Source: Candidatus Vogelbacteria bacterium RIFOXYD1_FULL_44_32
Lineage (GTDB): Bacteria; Patescibacteriota; Minisyncoccia; Phycocordibacterales; XYD1-FULL-46-19
DNA: 64,000 bases
Direction of reading: 5' to 3'
Assembly: GCA_001823065.1 (NCBI GenBank)
Contig: MHTJ01000003.1
Coordinates: 106,869-170,868, forward strand
The notes under the pieces were generated by a model. The model saw nothing but the letters and a program-made list of their open reading frames with translations. It had not been told where the DNA came from and did not search any database. Below are positions 16,963 to 27,149 of this stretch, piece after piece. Within the stretch, counting starts at the first letter, position 1; each line of letters opens with the position of its first letter. The position numbers were made by a program, and so were the translations under genes.

Positions 16963-19416
16963 ATGCCCATCGTTAAAATTGAATCGGCCCGAGAAGCTAT
17001 TTTGGCCCCCGTTAGACGGTCAATGATTTCGGCCAATACCGCCGCCTTCTTTACTTTATTTGTGGGTATTATTATTTTACCCTTAATTTCTTTGTCCCAA
17101 TTTGGAATCGGGCCCGATGTCGCCAAAAAGTTCTTCCTCTTGGGGGTATTGGTAGTTACGATTGCCCTGTGGCTGGTGGGTCGTCTACAAGACGGGGAAG
17201 TAAAATTACCTTGGTCCCTACCAATGATATTTTTACCACTTATCTCGGTGTCCTTTATTATCAGCGCTATATTTTCCACTGGGGTTCGCCACTCTTTACT
17301 CGGCTCACTCTATCAGTCTGGCACGGCTTTGTCGATTTTGGCTTTGTCCGCGCTCACTTTCTTTATTGTTTTGTTTGTGGATAGTCGGAAACATTTGTTT
17401 AATTTATATTTAGGAATTTCCTTGGCGGCCTTAGTGGTGGCGGTCTATTATCTCTTGGTTGTTCCCCTTGGTTCCTGGTTGTGGCCGAGCTTATTCAATT
17501 ATTTACCCCAAGTGTTGATTGGTAAATGGTATGAGACGGCAGTGTTTTTTGGCTTTACCGCTTTAGTGGCTTTATTTATGTTGGAGTTGCCCGCCTTGGG
17601 GACTAGTCTAGTTTTAAAACGTTTGTCCATCGCGTCTTTTGTGGCTTCATTGTTGATGTTGATGTTTACCAACTTTACGATTGTTTGGATAATTACGGGA
17701 GTGATTGCTTTGTCTGTTTTTGTTTATGCCTTAGCGGCTAGTGCAGGTCAACAAACTGAAGTGCGGCGCGGTTTTCTCGATGGTCGTCAAGTTTTTAGAC
17801 CATCATTCTTTTTTCTTTTACTCGCTCTCCTTTTTATTATTCTCGGTCGACCTGGTGGGCCTCTAAATGATGGCTTAAATACTATTTATGCTAAGGCCAA
17901 TGTGTCATTTGTGGAGGTTCGGCCGGGCTGGGCTAGTACGTTGATGGTAGCGACCGAGGTATTAAAACGTGACCCCTTGACGGGGATTGGTCCGAATAAT
18001 TTTTCCAATGCCTGGGCTTCGTACCGCCCCCGCGTAGTCAATGAATTGCAGTATTGGAATGTTGATTTTGCTGATTCGGTTGGCATTATCCCTACTTTTG
18101 TGGTTACCACTGGCTTGGCTGGTACGCTGGCCCTGGTTTTATTCTTCTTGTCTTTGGTTTATGTCGCCGTCAAATCTATTAGTAAATTGCCCAATGACCC
18201 TTTGACCCAGTTTTTGGTGGTTTTGTCAGGGGTGGGAGCACTTTATTTCTGGCTTACCTCTTTTCTTTATACACCGGATGCAATCGGCTTGCCTATGCTC
18301 TTTGTTATGACGGGACTGTTTTTAGCATCTTTAACTGTGGCTAAAATATTACCAGTCAAGACTATTCAGATAAATTCCAATCCGCGCACTTATTTTGCTT
18401 ATCTCCTTGTGTTGGTTTTGTTGTTAGTTATGGCTATTACTGGCGGTTATATTTTATTGCAACGTTTTTGGTCAGTTGTTCGCTATCAGCAAGCGACGGT
18501 GGCGCTCGCTAAGAGTGAGGTGGACAAAGCTGATAGTTTGGTTATTTCGGCGATCAAACTAAATTCTAAAGACCCACTATATTATCGGTTGTTATCACGA
18601 ATTAAGCTTGAGGAATTAAATCGTTTGATTAGTACGGCCGAGGGAAAAAGTGAGTCGGCCAAACCAATTTTACAAAATATGATTGGGACGGCGATTGCAG
18701 CGGCTCAAGAAGCAGTGAAGCTCGATCCAGGTAGCTATGGCAGTACCGTGGCTCTCGGTAATGTTTATGAGTATTTGGCTGGTTTGGGTGTGGCCGGAGC
18801 CTATGATCAAGCCAAGGTGGCCTATGAAGATGCAGCCAAGAAAAATCAAAATAACCCCGAGATTTTATTGAGTCTAGCTCGATTAGAAATTACTCAGGGG
18901 AAATTTGCTTCGGCCCGCACTTATCTGGAAAAAGCTCTAGCCATAAAGTCTAATTATAGTTCATCCATTTTGTTGTTGTCTCAACTTGACCTCGAAGATA
19001 TTGGTACTAGTGCGGCGATTAAACGACTAGAAACAGCTTTGGCGGCGGTACCCAATGACACTAGTTTGCTGTTCCAGCTAGGGTTTTTACGCTACCGAGC
19101 GGGCGATTATGAGGGGACAGCTAATGCGATGCGCTCGGTTATTAGTTTTAGTCCGGGTGGTTTAAATGCCAATGCTTCATATTTTCTTGGTCTAGCCTAT
19201 GATAAGCTTGGCCAGACCGCGAAGGCGATTGAACAATTTGCTTTAATTGCTCGCTATAATCCAGACAATGTCGAGGTGAAGGAAATATTGCGCAATTTAC
19301 GCGCCGGTCGACCAGCTCTAGCTGGTTTGGGTGAGCAAGCACCAGCGGAGGCAGAGCCAGCTGAGGAAGATGACCAAGCCACCGAGGCTGAGGCCACTAA
19401 GGAGCAGAAAAAATAA
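16963..19416 (+). CDS. polytopic membrane protein (O-antigen-ligase-like) with C-terminal TPR repeats
   Basis: About 12 TM segments, PLTGIGPNNF, TPR-like helical repeats. Confidence 0.75.
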   Translation: MPIVKIESAREAILAPVRRSMISANTAAFFTLFVGIIILPLISLSQFGIGPDVAKKFFLLGVLVVTIALWLVGRLQDGEVKLPWSLPMIFLPLISVSFIISAIFSTGVRHSLLGSLYQSGTALSILALSALTFFIVLFVDSRKHLFNLYLGISLAALVVAVYYLLVVPLGSWLWPSLFNYLPQVLIGKWYETAVFFGFTALVALFMLELPALGTSLVLKRLSIASFVASLLMLMFTNFTIVWIITGVIALSVFVYALAASAGQQTEVRRGFLDGRQVFRPSFFFLLLALLFIILGRPGGPLNDGLNTIYAKANVSFVEVRPGWASTLMVATEVLKRDPLTGIGPNNFSNAWASYRPRVVNELQYWNVDFADSVGIIPTFVVTTGLAGTLALVLFFLSLVYVAVKSISKLPNDPLTQFLVVLSGVGALYFWLTSFLYTPDAIGLPMLFVMTGLFLASLTVAKILPVKTIQINSNPRTYFAYLLVLVLLLVMAITGGYILLQRFWSVVRYQQATVALAKSEVDKADSLVISAIKLNSKDPLYYRLLSRIKLEELNRLISTAEGKSESAKPILQNMIGTAIAAAQEAVKLDPGSYGSTVALGNVYEYLAGLGVAGAYDQAKVAYEDAAKKNQNNPEILLSLARLEITQGKFASARTYLEKALAIKSNYSSSILLLSQLDLEDIGTSAAIKRLETALAAVPNDTSLLFQLGFLRYRAGDYEGTANAMRSVISFSPGGLNANASYFLGLAYDKLGQTAKAIEQFALIARYNPDNVEVKEILRNLRAGRPALAGLGEQAPAEAEPAEEDDQATEAEATKEQKK

Positions 19417-19427
19417 TTTAAACTAGA

Positions 19428-21104
19428 GTGGTAGCCCGTTTGTTATCGCTATTGTCTAAGGAGTGGGGAGGTCTCCATCAGGCCGCTTTTTTGCTGGCTA
19501 TTTCGGCGCTGTCAGCCCAGATTTTGGCTTTGTTGCGTGACCGCCTCCTAGCAGCGACTTTTGGGGCAGGAGCAGAACTTGATATTTATTATAGTGCTTT
19601 TCGTTTGCCTGATCTGATTTATGTTTCGTTTGCATCGTTTGTGTCGGTGACCGTCCTCATCCCTTTTATTATTCGGGCTGGTAAAGCTGGTGGTGAAGCT
19701 GAGGTGGAGAGATTTTTAAGTAATTTATTTACGGTTTTTTTTGGAGTCACGGTGCTGGTCGGCTTGGTGGCATTTGCCGGTATGCCCTATGTGGCAACCT
19801 ACATTGCTCCCGGTTTTGGACCGGAGGCCTTGGCCCAATTGGTGCTTTTGTCTCGGCTTCTTCTTTTATCACCATTACTTTTAGGGATTTCCAATTTACT
19901 TGGCAGTGTTACTCAAAGCTATCGTAAATTTTTTGCTTACACCTTAAGTCCAGTTGTCTATAATGTGGGTATAATTTTTGGTCTCATCTTTTTTTATCCC
20001 CAGTTTGGTTTGGTGGGTTTGGTGGGGGGAGTGATTATCGGGGCCTTATTTCATCTCTTGGTGCAAGTACCAAGTATTATTCAAATCGGGGTGCGACTTC
20101 ATTTTGTCCGGCAAATAAATTGGGCCGAAATTTGGACCGTGATTAAAGTGTCTTTACCTAGAACTATTGCCCTGTCTGGTAACCAATTGGCCTTGGCGGT
20201 TTTGGTGGCACTCGGGTCTCTTATGGTAGCGGGCTCGATCACGGTGTTTAATCTGGCTTTTAATCTCCAGTCGGTGCCGCTGATTGTAGTGGGGGTGAGT
20301 TATTCGGTGGCCGCCTTTCCGACTCTCGCCGCTTTATTTTCCAGTGGTGAGAAAAGCCAATTTGTGGCCAAAATTGAGCTGGCTATTCGGCATATTATGT
20401 TTTGGTCACTACCGGCGATGACTTTGTTTATTGTGTTGCGGGCTCATTTGGTGCGCATTGTCTTTGGGACCGGTAATTTTAGTTGGTCAGACACTAGACT
20501 GGTGGCGGCGGCGCTGGCTCTCTTTATTATTTCGGTCGCAGCGCAAGGGCTGGTGCAACTTTTTGTGCGGGCTTATTACGCGAGCAATAATACTAAAATA
20601 CCACTATTGATAAATTTATCGTCATCGGCTGCCATAGTCTTTTTGGCCATTTTATTTACCCATCTTTTTAATCAGGTTTTAGTCTTTCGGTTTTTTATCG
20701 AAAACTTATTGCGTATCGAAGACTTAAGCGGGGGTTCAATTCTCATGCTTCCGCTGGCCTATTCAGGGGGTATTTTACTAAATGCTTGTTTATATTGGAT
20801 ATTTTTTAGGCGTCATTTTGGGGTTTTTGCTCCCGAAGTAACGGAAAGCATTTGGCGGTCTTTTGCGGGGGCAATCGTTGGGGGTTTTGTGGCTTATCAT
20901 ACCTTGGCGCTCTTTGTCCCTTTGGTAGACCAAGCCACTTATCTGGGGATTATCTCGCAAGGTGTTGCGGCTGGGTTGGCGGGACTTATCTTTGCGATTG
21001 GCACTTTGTGGGTTTTGGGGAGTGTTGAGCTTAAAGAATTTTATTCGGCCTTGTCGGCCAAAGTTTGGCGTAATCCGATTAGTCCGGGGGCCGAGGAAAT
21101 TTAG
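19428..21104 (+). CDS. murJ: lipid II flippase MurJ (MviN)
   Basis: LRDRLLAATFGAG..LDIYYSAFRLPD signature. Confidence 0.9.
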   Translation: MVARLLSLLSKEWGGLHQAAFLLAISALSAQILALLRDRLLAATFGAGAELDIYYSAFRLPDLIYVSFASFVSVTVLIPFIIRAGKAGGEAEVERFLSNLFTVFFGVTVLVGLVAFAGMPYVATYIAPGFGPEALAQLVLLSRLLLLSPLLLGISNLLGSVTQSYRKFFAYTLSPVVYNVGIIFGLIFFYPQFGLVGLVGGVIIGALFHLLVQVPSIIQIGVRLHFVRQINWAEIWTVIKVSLPRTIALSGNQLALAVLVALGSLMVAGSITVFNLAFNLQSVPLIVVGVSYSVAAFPTLAALFSSGEKSQFVAKIELAIRHIMFWSLPAMTLFIVLRAHLVRIVFGTGNFSWSDTRLVAAALALFIISVAAQGLVQLFVRAYYASNNTKIPLLINLSSSAAIVFLAILFTHLFNQVLVFRFFIENLLRIEDLSGGSILMLPLAYSGGILLNACLYWIFFRRHFGVFAPEVTESIWRSFAGAIVGGFVAYHTLALFVPLVDQATYLGIISQGVAAGLAGLIFAIGTLWVLGSVELKEFYSALSAKVWRNPISPGAEEI

Positions 21105-21140
21105 CTTGCTCTACCAGTTTTTTCCGCTAGTATTAGGTCT

Positions 21141-22943
21141 ATGACTGCCAAGTCTATCCGTAATTTTTCCATTATCGCCCATATTGACCATGGTAAATCC
21201 ACCCTCGCGGACCGGATGCTAGAACTGACGGGCACAATTGAAAAGCGCAAGATGAAAGAGCAAGTTTTAGATTCTATGGAGCTAGAACGAGAGCGGGGGA
21301 TTACCATAAAAATGCAACCAGTGCGTATGGAGTATGAGCACGAAGGTCAGCCCTATATTTTAAATCTAATTGATACGCCCGGGCATATTGATTTTTCCTA
21401 TGAAGTGTCGCGGGCCCTCAAGGCGGTGGAAGGGGTTTTGTTGTTAGTAGATGCAACGCAGGGAGTGCAAGCGCAGACTTTATCAGTTCTAGATATGGCG
21501 CGAGCGGAAAATTTGGTAATTATTCCCGTCATCAACAAAATTGATTTACCGAGTGCAAAAGTGGAAGAAACCAGGTTGGAAGTTGCCAAGCTTTTGGGGG
21601 TGGCGCCGGAATTGATTATGGCGGTATCAGGGAAAACGGGTGCTGGTGTAAATGACTTGTTGCAAGCGATCATTAGGCGTGTCCCCGCGCCGGTGGCCGA
21701 ATACGGTGACCAAAATAACCCGCGGGCTTTAGTTTTTGATTTTGAATATTCTAAACATCGGGGAGTGGTGGTTTATGTGCGGGTGATTGATGGTGCGCTC
21801 ACCAAAGGTGACATTCTCATTTTTGCGGGGTCGGGCGAGAAATTTGGTATTTTAGAAGTGGGTGTTTTTATGCCCACTAAAATTTCAGCGCCTGAAATAC
21901 GGGCCGGCGAGATTGGCTATATTGTCACTGGGATCAAGGAAGCCGGTGGCGCCAAAGTGGGTGATACTTTGGTTTTACCCCAAAATGGTTTACCGGTGGT
22001 GCCTGGCTATAAGCTGGCCTCGCCTGTAGTCTGGGCCAGTATTTATCCCGAGAGCCAAGATGATTTTACTCAACTCCGACAGTCTCTAGAGCGGTTGCGC
22101 CTTGAGGATGCCTCCTTGTCCTTTGAAGAGGAATCGTCGGGGGCTTTGGGCCGAGGTTTTCGTTCGGGTTTTTTAGGGATGCTTCATATGGAAATTATTA
22201 CCGAACGACTAAAACGGGAATTTAATTTAAATCTCGTAATAGCGACGCCGACGATTAGTTATGAGATCAAAAATACAACCACTGGTGGGCTAGAAGCCAT
22301 CTATTCGCCTCATCTTTTTCCCGAAGATTTAAAAAACAAGGAAGTGCTGGAAACCTGGGTCAAGGTTCAACTTATTTTACCGGTCAATTATTTAAATAGT
22401 CTAATGGCTATTTTATATGACCACGAAGCCGAGATTACTGATATGGATAATTTTGGCGACAATCGGACCAATTTGTCATTAGCTATGCCTTTGCGCGAGC
22501 TGATGCGCAACTTTTTTGATGAGGTCAAAAGTGTTACCTCTGGTTACGCCAGCTTTTCTTATAATATTGTGGGGGTAAAACCCGCTGATGTGGTCCGTCT
22601 CGATGTGCTTATCAATGAAGAAGTGATGCCCGCTTTTTCACGGGTGGTGGCCCGGCGCCGAGTCGAGCTGGAAGCAGAGGATGTGGCTGATAAACTTAAG
22701 AAATTATTACCCCGTCAGCTAATTATTATAAAAATTCAGACCAAAGCCATGGGGCGGATTATTGCTTCCCGGACCATCTCGGCCATTCGTAAGGATGTGA
22801 CTGATTATTTATATGGTGGTGATATTACGCGCAAAATGAAGTTGCGGGAAAAGCAAAAAAAGGGTAAAAAGAAAATGCAAAAAATAGGCAAGGTCAATAT
22901 CCCGCAAGAAGTTTTCCTCAAGATGATGAAATCAACGGAATAA
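21141..22943 (+). CDS. lepA: elongation factor 4
   Basis: IRNFSIIAHIDHGKSTLADR; YGGDITRKMKL. Confidence 0.97.
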   Translation: MTAKSIRNFSIIAHIDHGKSTLADRMLELTGTIEKRKMKEQVLDSMELERERGITIKMQPVRMEYEHEGQPYILNLIDTPGHIDFSYEVSRALKAVEGVLLLVDATQGVQAQTLSVLDMARAENLVIIPVINKIDLPSAKVEETRLEVAKLLGVAPELIMAVSGKTGAGVNDLLQAIIRRVPAPVAEYGDQNNPRALVFDFEYSKHRGVVVYVRVIDGALTKGDILIFAGSGEKFGILEVGVFMPTKISAPEIRAGEIGYIVTGIKEAGGAKVGDTLVLPQNGLPVVPGYKLASPVVWASIYPESQDDFTQLRQSLERLRLEDASLSFEEESSGALGRGFRSGFLGMLHMEIITERLKREFNLNLVIATPTISYEIKNTTTGGLEAIYSPHLFPEDLKNKEVLETWVKVQLILPVNYLNSLMAILYDHEAEITDMDNFGDNRTNLSLAMPLRELMRNFFDEVKSVTSGYASFSYNIVGVKPADVVRLDVLINEEVMPAFSRVVARRRVELEAEDVADKLKKLLPRQLIIIKIQTKAMGRIIASRTISAIRKDVTDYLYGGDITRKMKLREKQKKGKKKMQKIGKVNIPQEVFLKMMKSTE

Positions 22944-23015
22944 GAAAGGCAGAGAGTAGAGAGCAATCATGCTAATGATGGTGAGAACACCAATAATCAT
23001 CGCGATAATTCTCAT
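22932..23015 (-). CDS. possible 27-aa single-TM peptide
   Basis: MRIIAMIIGVLTIISMIALYSLPFLFR fills the gap after lepA. Confidence 0.35.
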   Translation of the reverse strand: MRIIAMIIGVLTIISMIALYSLPFLFR

Positions 23016-23067
23016 ATATTTCTGTTGTTTGCGCCCGTATAACATATTGTAGTAGTATAGGCATATA

Positions 23068-23457
23068 ATGAAAGATTTTCAAGGTCAGCGTCGAGTTCGC
23101 AAAATGATTTACTCTAAAATTTCTTTGGTGGTTTTGGGTTTACTCATTCTCTTTATGGTCAAAGCGCTCTGGGGGGTGCAGACTAAAAATAGTTTGGCGG
23201 TGGCTGGTCGGACCCAAGCTGAGGCCGAATTAGCAGAGCTAGAAGCGCAAAAGGCCGAGCTCTCGGCCCAGGTTGGCTGGCTAGGTAAGGACCGTGGTCA
23301 AGAAGAAGCGTTGCGGCAAAATTTCTCCGTCACTTTGCCGGGCGAAAAGATGGTTATTGTCGTCGAGGATGCCAGCCGGCCAACCACTACTACCCCGAAA
23401 AAAAGTGGTGGCTGGTGGCAGGCCGGCTGGCAAGCCTTGGCGGACATTTTTTCGTAA
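23068..23457 (+). CDS. septum formation initiator (FtsB/DivIC-like)
   Basis: TM, coiled coil, EEALRQNF...PGEK. Confidence 0.75.
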   Translation: MKDFQGQRRVRKMIYSKISLVVLGLLILFMVKALWGVQTKNSLAVAGRTQAEAELAELEAQKAELSAQVGWLGKDRGQEEALRQNFSVTLPGEKMVIVVEDASRPTTTTPKKSGGWWQAGWQALADIFS

Positions 23458-23467
23458 AATAAAATTT

Positions 23468-23538
23468 GCGGGCATAGTTTAGTGGCATGACACGACCTTC
23501 CCAAGGTTGAGACGGGGGTTCGATTCCCCCTGCCCGCA
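23468..23538 (+). tRNA. tRNA-Gly(CCC)
   Basis: Cloverleaf gcgggca/tgcccgc; anticodon loop ttCCCaa; T-loop ttcgatt. Confidence 0.92.
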
Positions 23539-23548
23539 CCCTTAATTT

Positions 23549-23845
23549 ATGGCTGAAAATTTTAAGCGGTTGATTGAAGATTTTATATGTGGCTTTTGTG
23601 ATAAAGCAGTAAAAGGCGATGGCTACACTAACCACTGTCCGTTTTGTTTGTGGAGTAAACATGTGGATATAAACCCGGGGGATCGGGCGGCTGAGTGCAG
23701 GGGATTGATGGAGCCAGAACAGCTAGAAAAAAACGGGGATGAGTTTATTATTACCCACAAATGTGTGGATTGTGGCTATCAAAAGCGCAATAAGACCGCT
23801 CCTACTGACGACATTTCCGCCTATTTGGGCAATATGCTACAATAG
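23549..23845 (+). CDS. RNHCP-domain protein
   Basis: TNHCPFCLWSKHVD..PGDRA..C.GLM. Confidence 0.88.
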   Translation: MAENFKRLIEDFICGFCDKAVKGDGYTNHCPFCLWSKHVDINPGDRAAECRGLMEPEQLEKNGDEFIITHKCVDCGYQKRNKTAPTDDISAYLGNMLQ

Positions 23846-23872
23846 ACAAATTAAAATCTAATAACTATTTTT

Positions 23873-24109
23873 ATGGATAAAAAAGTTGTAATTTATAGCA
23901 CCCCGACTTGCCATTTTTGTCATATGGCCAAGGATTTTTTTAAGGAGAACAATGTTCCATTTGAAGATATTGATGTGGTAGCCGATCGGGCTAAGGCCAA
24001 AGAGATGATTGATAAAAGTGGCCAAATGGGCGTGCCAGTTATCTTTATTGGTGACGAGATGACTATTGGTTTTGATGAGGATAGAATAAAATCTCAGCTT
24101 GGCTTATAG
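23873..24109 (+). CDS. glutaredoxin / NrdH-redoxin
   Basis: YSTPTCHFC; GQMGVPVI. Confidence 0.92.
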   Translation: MDKKVVIYSTPTCHFCHMAKDFFKENNVPFEDIDVVADRAKAKEMIDKSGQMGVPVIFIGDEMTIGFDEDRIKSQLGL

Positions 24110-24158
24110 CTTAAGCAAAAAAATTATGTAAAAATGGGCGTAAGCCCATTTTTAATTT

Positions 24159-24230
24159 GCCCCCGTAGTTCAATGGATAGAACGGCTCACTCCTAACGAG
24201 CTGATGTAAGTTCGATTCTTGCCGGGGGCA
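24159..24230 (+). tRNA. tRNA-Arg(CCT)
   Basis: gcccccg/cgggggc acceptor; loop ctCCTaa; one A-C mismatch in anticodon stem. Confidence 0.9.
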
Positions 24231-24526
24231 CAATTCGTACCAGACTCGAAAAAATTCTTAATTTAAGCCAAAAAGTCGGTTCGAGCACAAGAACAATATA
24301 GACCAGCCTCACGAAAAAGCCCTAAAAATAATAACTTTTTCAGTTTTAAGAGTATTGATATACGGCATACCAAATGACTTGACAAAGTATAAATCTGTGC
24401 TAGTAATAGTACCAGCTCAAAGTACATTAATATCTTGCGATTTTGGCCATATCTTTTAGAGTCTATCTGGGTTTTAAAAGATGTGGCCAATAGTATGACC
24501 ACTTAACAAAAAAAGAGGAAACAGCC

Positions 24527-24871
24527 ATGAAAGAGTTCGTCGTTGGTGTTGCGGTTTTTGTAGGTGTGATTGTTCTGCTTCTTGGTGTCGGTTGGCTCGC
24601 CCAGGGCAACGACTTCTTTATGTACAGGGTGTTCGCACCCAAGTACGAGCAAGTCCGGCGCGAGACATTCGAGCAGTCAAAGGCGTACAACCAGGGTATG
24701 ATTCAGGAATTGCAGAACATGCAGTTCCAGTACGTCAAGGCCGAACCGGCACATCAGAAAGCGCTGGCGTCGATCATCCTACATCGCGCCGCTGACTATC
24801 CCGAAGAGAGTATGCCACCCGATCTCCGCGATTTCATCAAGGGGTTGAAGAGTGCCAAAACCAACTACTAG
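24527..24871 (+). CDS. hypothetical membrane-anchored protein
   Basis: N-terminal TM, SD-like gagg, GC3-rich codons unlike backbone. Confidence 0.75.
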   Translation: MKEFVVGVAVFVGVIVLLLGVGWLAQGNDFFMYRVFAPKYEQVRRETFEQSKAYNQGMIQELQNMQFQYVKAEPAHQKALASIILHRAADYPEESMPPDLRDFIKGLKSAKTNY

Positions 24872-24901
24872 TCCACGAAGTGGACGAAAGGAGAATGTCG
24901 A

Positions 24902-25450
24902 ATGAAGAAAAGTATTGCCGTACTATCCCTCTGCCTATGCTCGTTTGTGTTGCTTGGAGCCGAGTCGGATTGTGAACAACGACCCACAAGCGATACCATC
25001 CAGCGCCAACAGCAAGAGGTGCTGTTGCAGGAGGCCACGTCGTCGGTCGGTATGCCCGCGATCAAGAACTTTCGCGAGCGGAAGATCTTGAAGGACATTC
25101 TCGAGCTTCGAGATCAGGAAGGCTTGGTCACCTACACCTACCTTCAGTCGGAGCAAACCGGCAAGCTCATTTACTTAGGAGAGACGATTGGGTATGGTAT
25201 TCCTTACGCTACCCAATTCACTAACCCCCAGAAAATCGCGGGGTCCTACTCCCAAGGAGGGTTTGCTATTCTGCCCCAGGCAGATCCGAATGGTCTGTTC
25301 TCGCCAGCATCGGCCGAAGGGACGTGGGTTCTGTTGAAGGACCCCAATGGCGATGACGTCCGGCCCATTTACTGCGAACCACGCATTGTCGTCTCGCCGT
25401 TTCGGCTGGAGTCGACTGGCCAAGTCGAGGCTGGCCCAGCCGTTAATTAG
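24902..25450 (+). CDS. hypothetical exported protein
   Basis: Signal peptide, SD aaggag, PQADPNGLFSP..A.GTWV motif. Confidence 0.75.
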   Translation: MKKSIAVLSLCLCSFVLLGAESDCEQRPTSDTIQRQQQEVLLQEATSSVGMPAIKNFRERKILKDILELRDQEGLVTYTYLQSEQTGKLIYLGETIGYGIPYATQFTNPQKIAGSYSQGGFAILPQADPNGLFSPASAEGTWVLLKDPNGDDVRPIYCEPRIVVSPFRLESTGQVEAGPAVN

Positions 25451-25479
25451 TAACGGCGGCTACTATTTGTAAGTCCATC

Positions 25480-25520
25480 GCGTCTCCCCGTAGACTTTTA
25501 TCGGGGAGGCGCTTTTTTGT
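25480..25520 (+). terminator. intrinsic terminator
   Basis: gcgtctcccc ... ggggaggcgc followed by T-run. Confidence 0.6.
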
Positions 25521-25799
25521 TTGATTAAAGGTATCTTACCAGTGTCATGTCATATTTAGTTACACTCACTCATCTATCACTTCTACCCCACCTCATATAT
25601 CCTGCCCTTAATCATGCAACCAACCTTGGCTCACTATCTTCGAAGAATAATCGTGCCACTTCCGCCAACCATGCCCGCCAGGTTCGACTCGTGATCCGAT
25701 AAGGGGCACACAGTTTAATTAGAAAATTGATCATTTGCCCGCCGTCTCTGGTGGGGGTATAATCCAACTATTAGTAGATTTTTAGCTATTTTTAACATA

Positions 25800-26423
25800 A
25801 TGAATAAAAGCTATATTATTGGGGCAGTGGTGGTGCTAGCGGTGGCCCTGTTGGCCTGGGTTGGGCTGTCTGGCCGTTCGGTTGATCAAACTGATGACAA
25901 TGATAATAATACTGCTTCCACTAGCTTGCGGGAGCTAATAACTGGGGGTAAGGCGGTGCAATGTCAGTTTTCTAGCACGGAAGCTGGCAGTGAATCAACT
26001 GGTGAAGTTTTTGTCGCTTCGGCTGCCAAAATGCGGGCTGATTTTACCGCTAAAATTGAGGGCAAAGACCAAGTTGGTCATATGATAATGAAAGACCAAA
26101 AAGTTTTTGTTTGGCTTGATGGGGAGGCTCAAGGGGTGACCATGGCTGTTCCTGAAGACGGGACACAAACTGGAGATAATAAAACGCCACTAAATTTTGA
26201 CGATAAAAATGTGTCTTATGATTGTGATAGCTGGCGGGTGGATGATTCTAAATTTGTAGAACCAACCACAGTTAAATTTATGGATTTGGCCGGTCTAGTG
26301 GGAGCGGGGGCCTCGGCTTCTGTTTCGGCTGGCGCCACTGCCAATCCGCCTCAGTGTGCCGCCTGCGACCAGCTCGCGGGGGCCCAAAAAGCTCAGTGCC
26401 GAACAGCGCTCAAGTGTCAGTAA
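25800..26423 (+). CDS. hypothetical exported protein with Cys-rich tail
   Basis: N-terminal TM; C-terminal CAAC...C....KC. Confidence 0.8.
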   Translation: MNKSYIIGAVVVLAVALLAWVGLSGRSVDQTDDNDNNTASTSLRELITGGKAVQCQFSSTEAGSESTGEVFVASAAKMRADFTAKIEGKDQVGHMIMKDQKVFVWLDGEAQGVTMAVPEDGTQTGDNKTPLNFDDKNVSYDCDSWRVDDSKFVEPTTVKFMDLAGLVGAGASASVSAGATANPPQCAACDQLAGAQKAQCRTALKCQ

Positions 26424-26497
26424 AATATAGGAAATGAGAAAAGGCCCCTGCTCGGGGCCTTTTTGATTTTTAGGACCATTTGAGTTATAGTGACGGG

Positions 26498-26743
26498 ATG
26501 GATGAGGAAACAAAAAGCTTGTTAGAAGAAAATTTGGCGATCGGGAAGGATAATCGCCGGATGTTGAAAAAACTTTTGTCCTATCGCCGTTTAGAGGCGA
26601 TTTATTCGGTTTTGAAGTGGGTGGTGGTGCTGGGTATCGGCCTTTGGACTTACTATTATCTTCAGCCCTATTTAGACCAAGTTTTAGCCGCGTATAATCA
26701 GCTAAACGGGGTTTTCCAAAATTTGCCCATTCCAGGGCGGTAA
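26498..26743 (+). CDS. small membrane protein
   Basis: MDEETKSLLEENL..., single TM. Confidence 0.7.
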   Translation: MDEETKSLLEENLAIGKDNRRMLKKLLSYRRLEAIYSVLKWVVVLGIGLWTYYYLQPYLDQVLAAYNQLNGVFQNLPIPGR

Positions 26744-26811
26744 ATTTTCATTTTTTCGGGCTTTATTTCTGGTCTTAAACATGCTATAAAATAAGGGTCA
26801 TATTTTGACAT

Positions 26812-27149
26812 GCTTGGGTAGCTCAGTTGGTAGAGCATTCGCCTGACCCTAAAAACTTCGGGCCCTTCCACTGGAAAGTGGATTGAAAAAGTGGGTGAAT
26901 TCGGGGAAAACCGTTTGCTGTATAGTAAGCGACAATCCCGAGCCAAGCCGAGCACCACTTTTGAATTTTATAAACTTCTAAAATTCAAAAGTAGTGCTCG
27001 GAAGGTGTAGAGACTATCCCGAAAGGGAGTACTTCTACTACTGTAGAGGGAAGCGCCCACCTCCAAAATCTATTTATAGAAAGGATGATGATATAGTCCA
27101 AACGCTCTGGAAGAGCGAAGGGTCGGCGGTTCGAACCCGCCCCCAAGCA
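26812..27149 (+). tRNA. tRNA-Phe(GAA), exons 26812-26844 and 27110-27149
   Basis: Joined exons give a 73-nt cloverleaf: gcttggg/cccaagc, anticodon arm ttcgc-ctGAAga-gcgaa, T arm ggcgg-ttcgaac-ccgcc. Confidence 0.92.
26845..27109 (+). ncRNA. group I self-splicing intron, no ORF
   Basis: P1 gcct|ga : tcgggc with U-G at the splice site; P3 gtgggtg/cgcccac; P4 gaattcgggg..aatcccgagccaag; P7 gagacta / gatatagtcc; terminal G. Confidence 0.9.
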
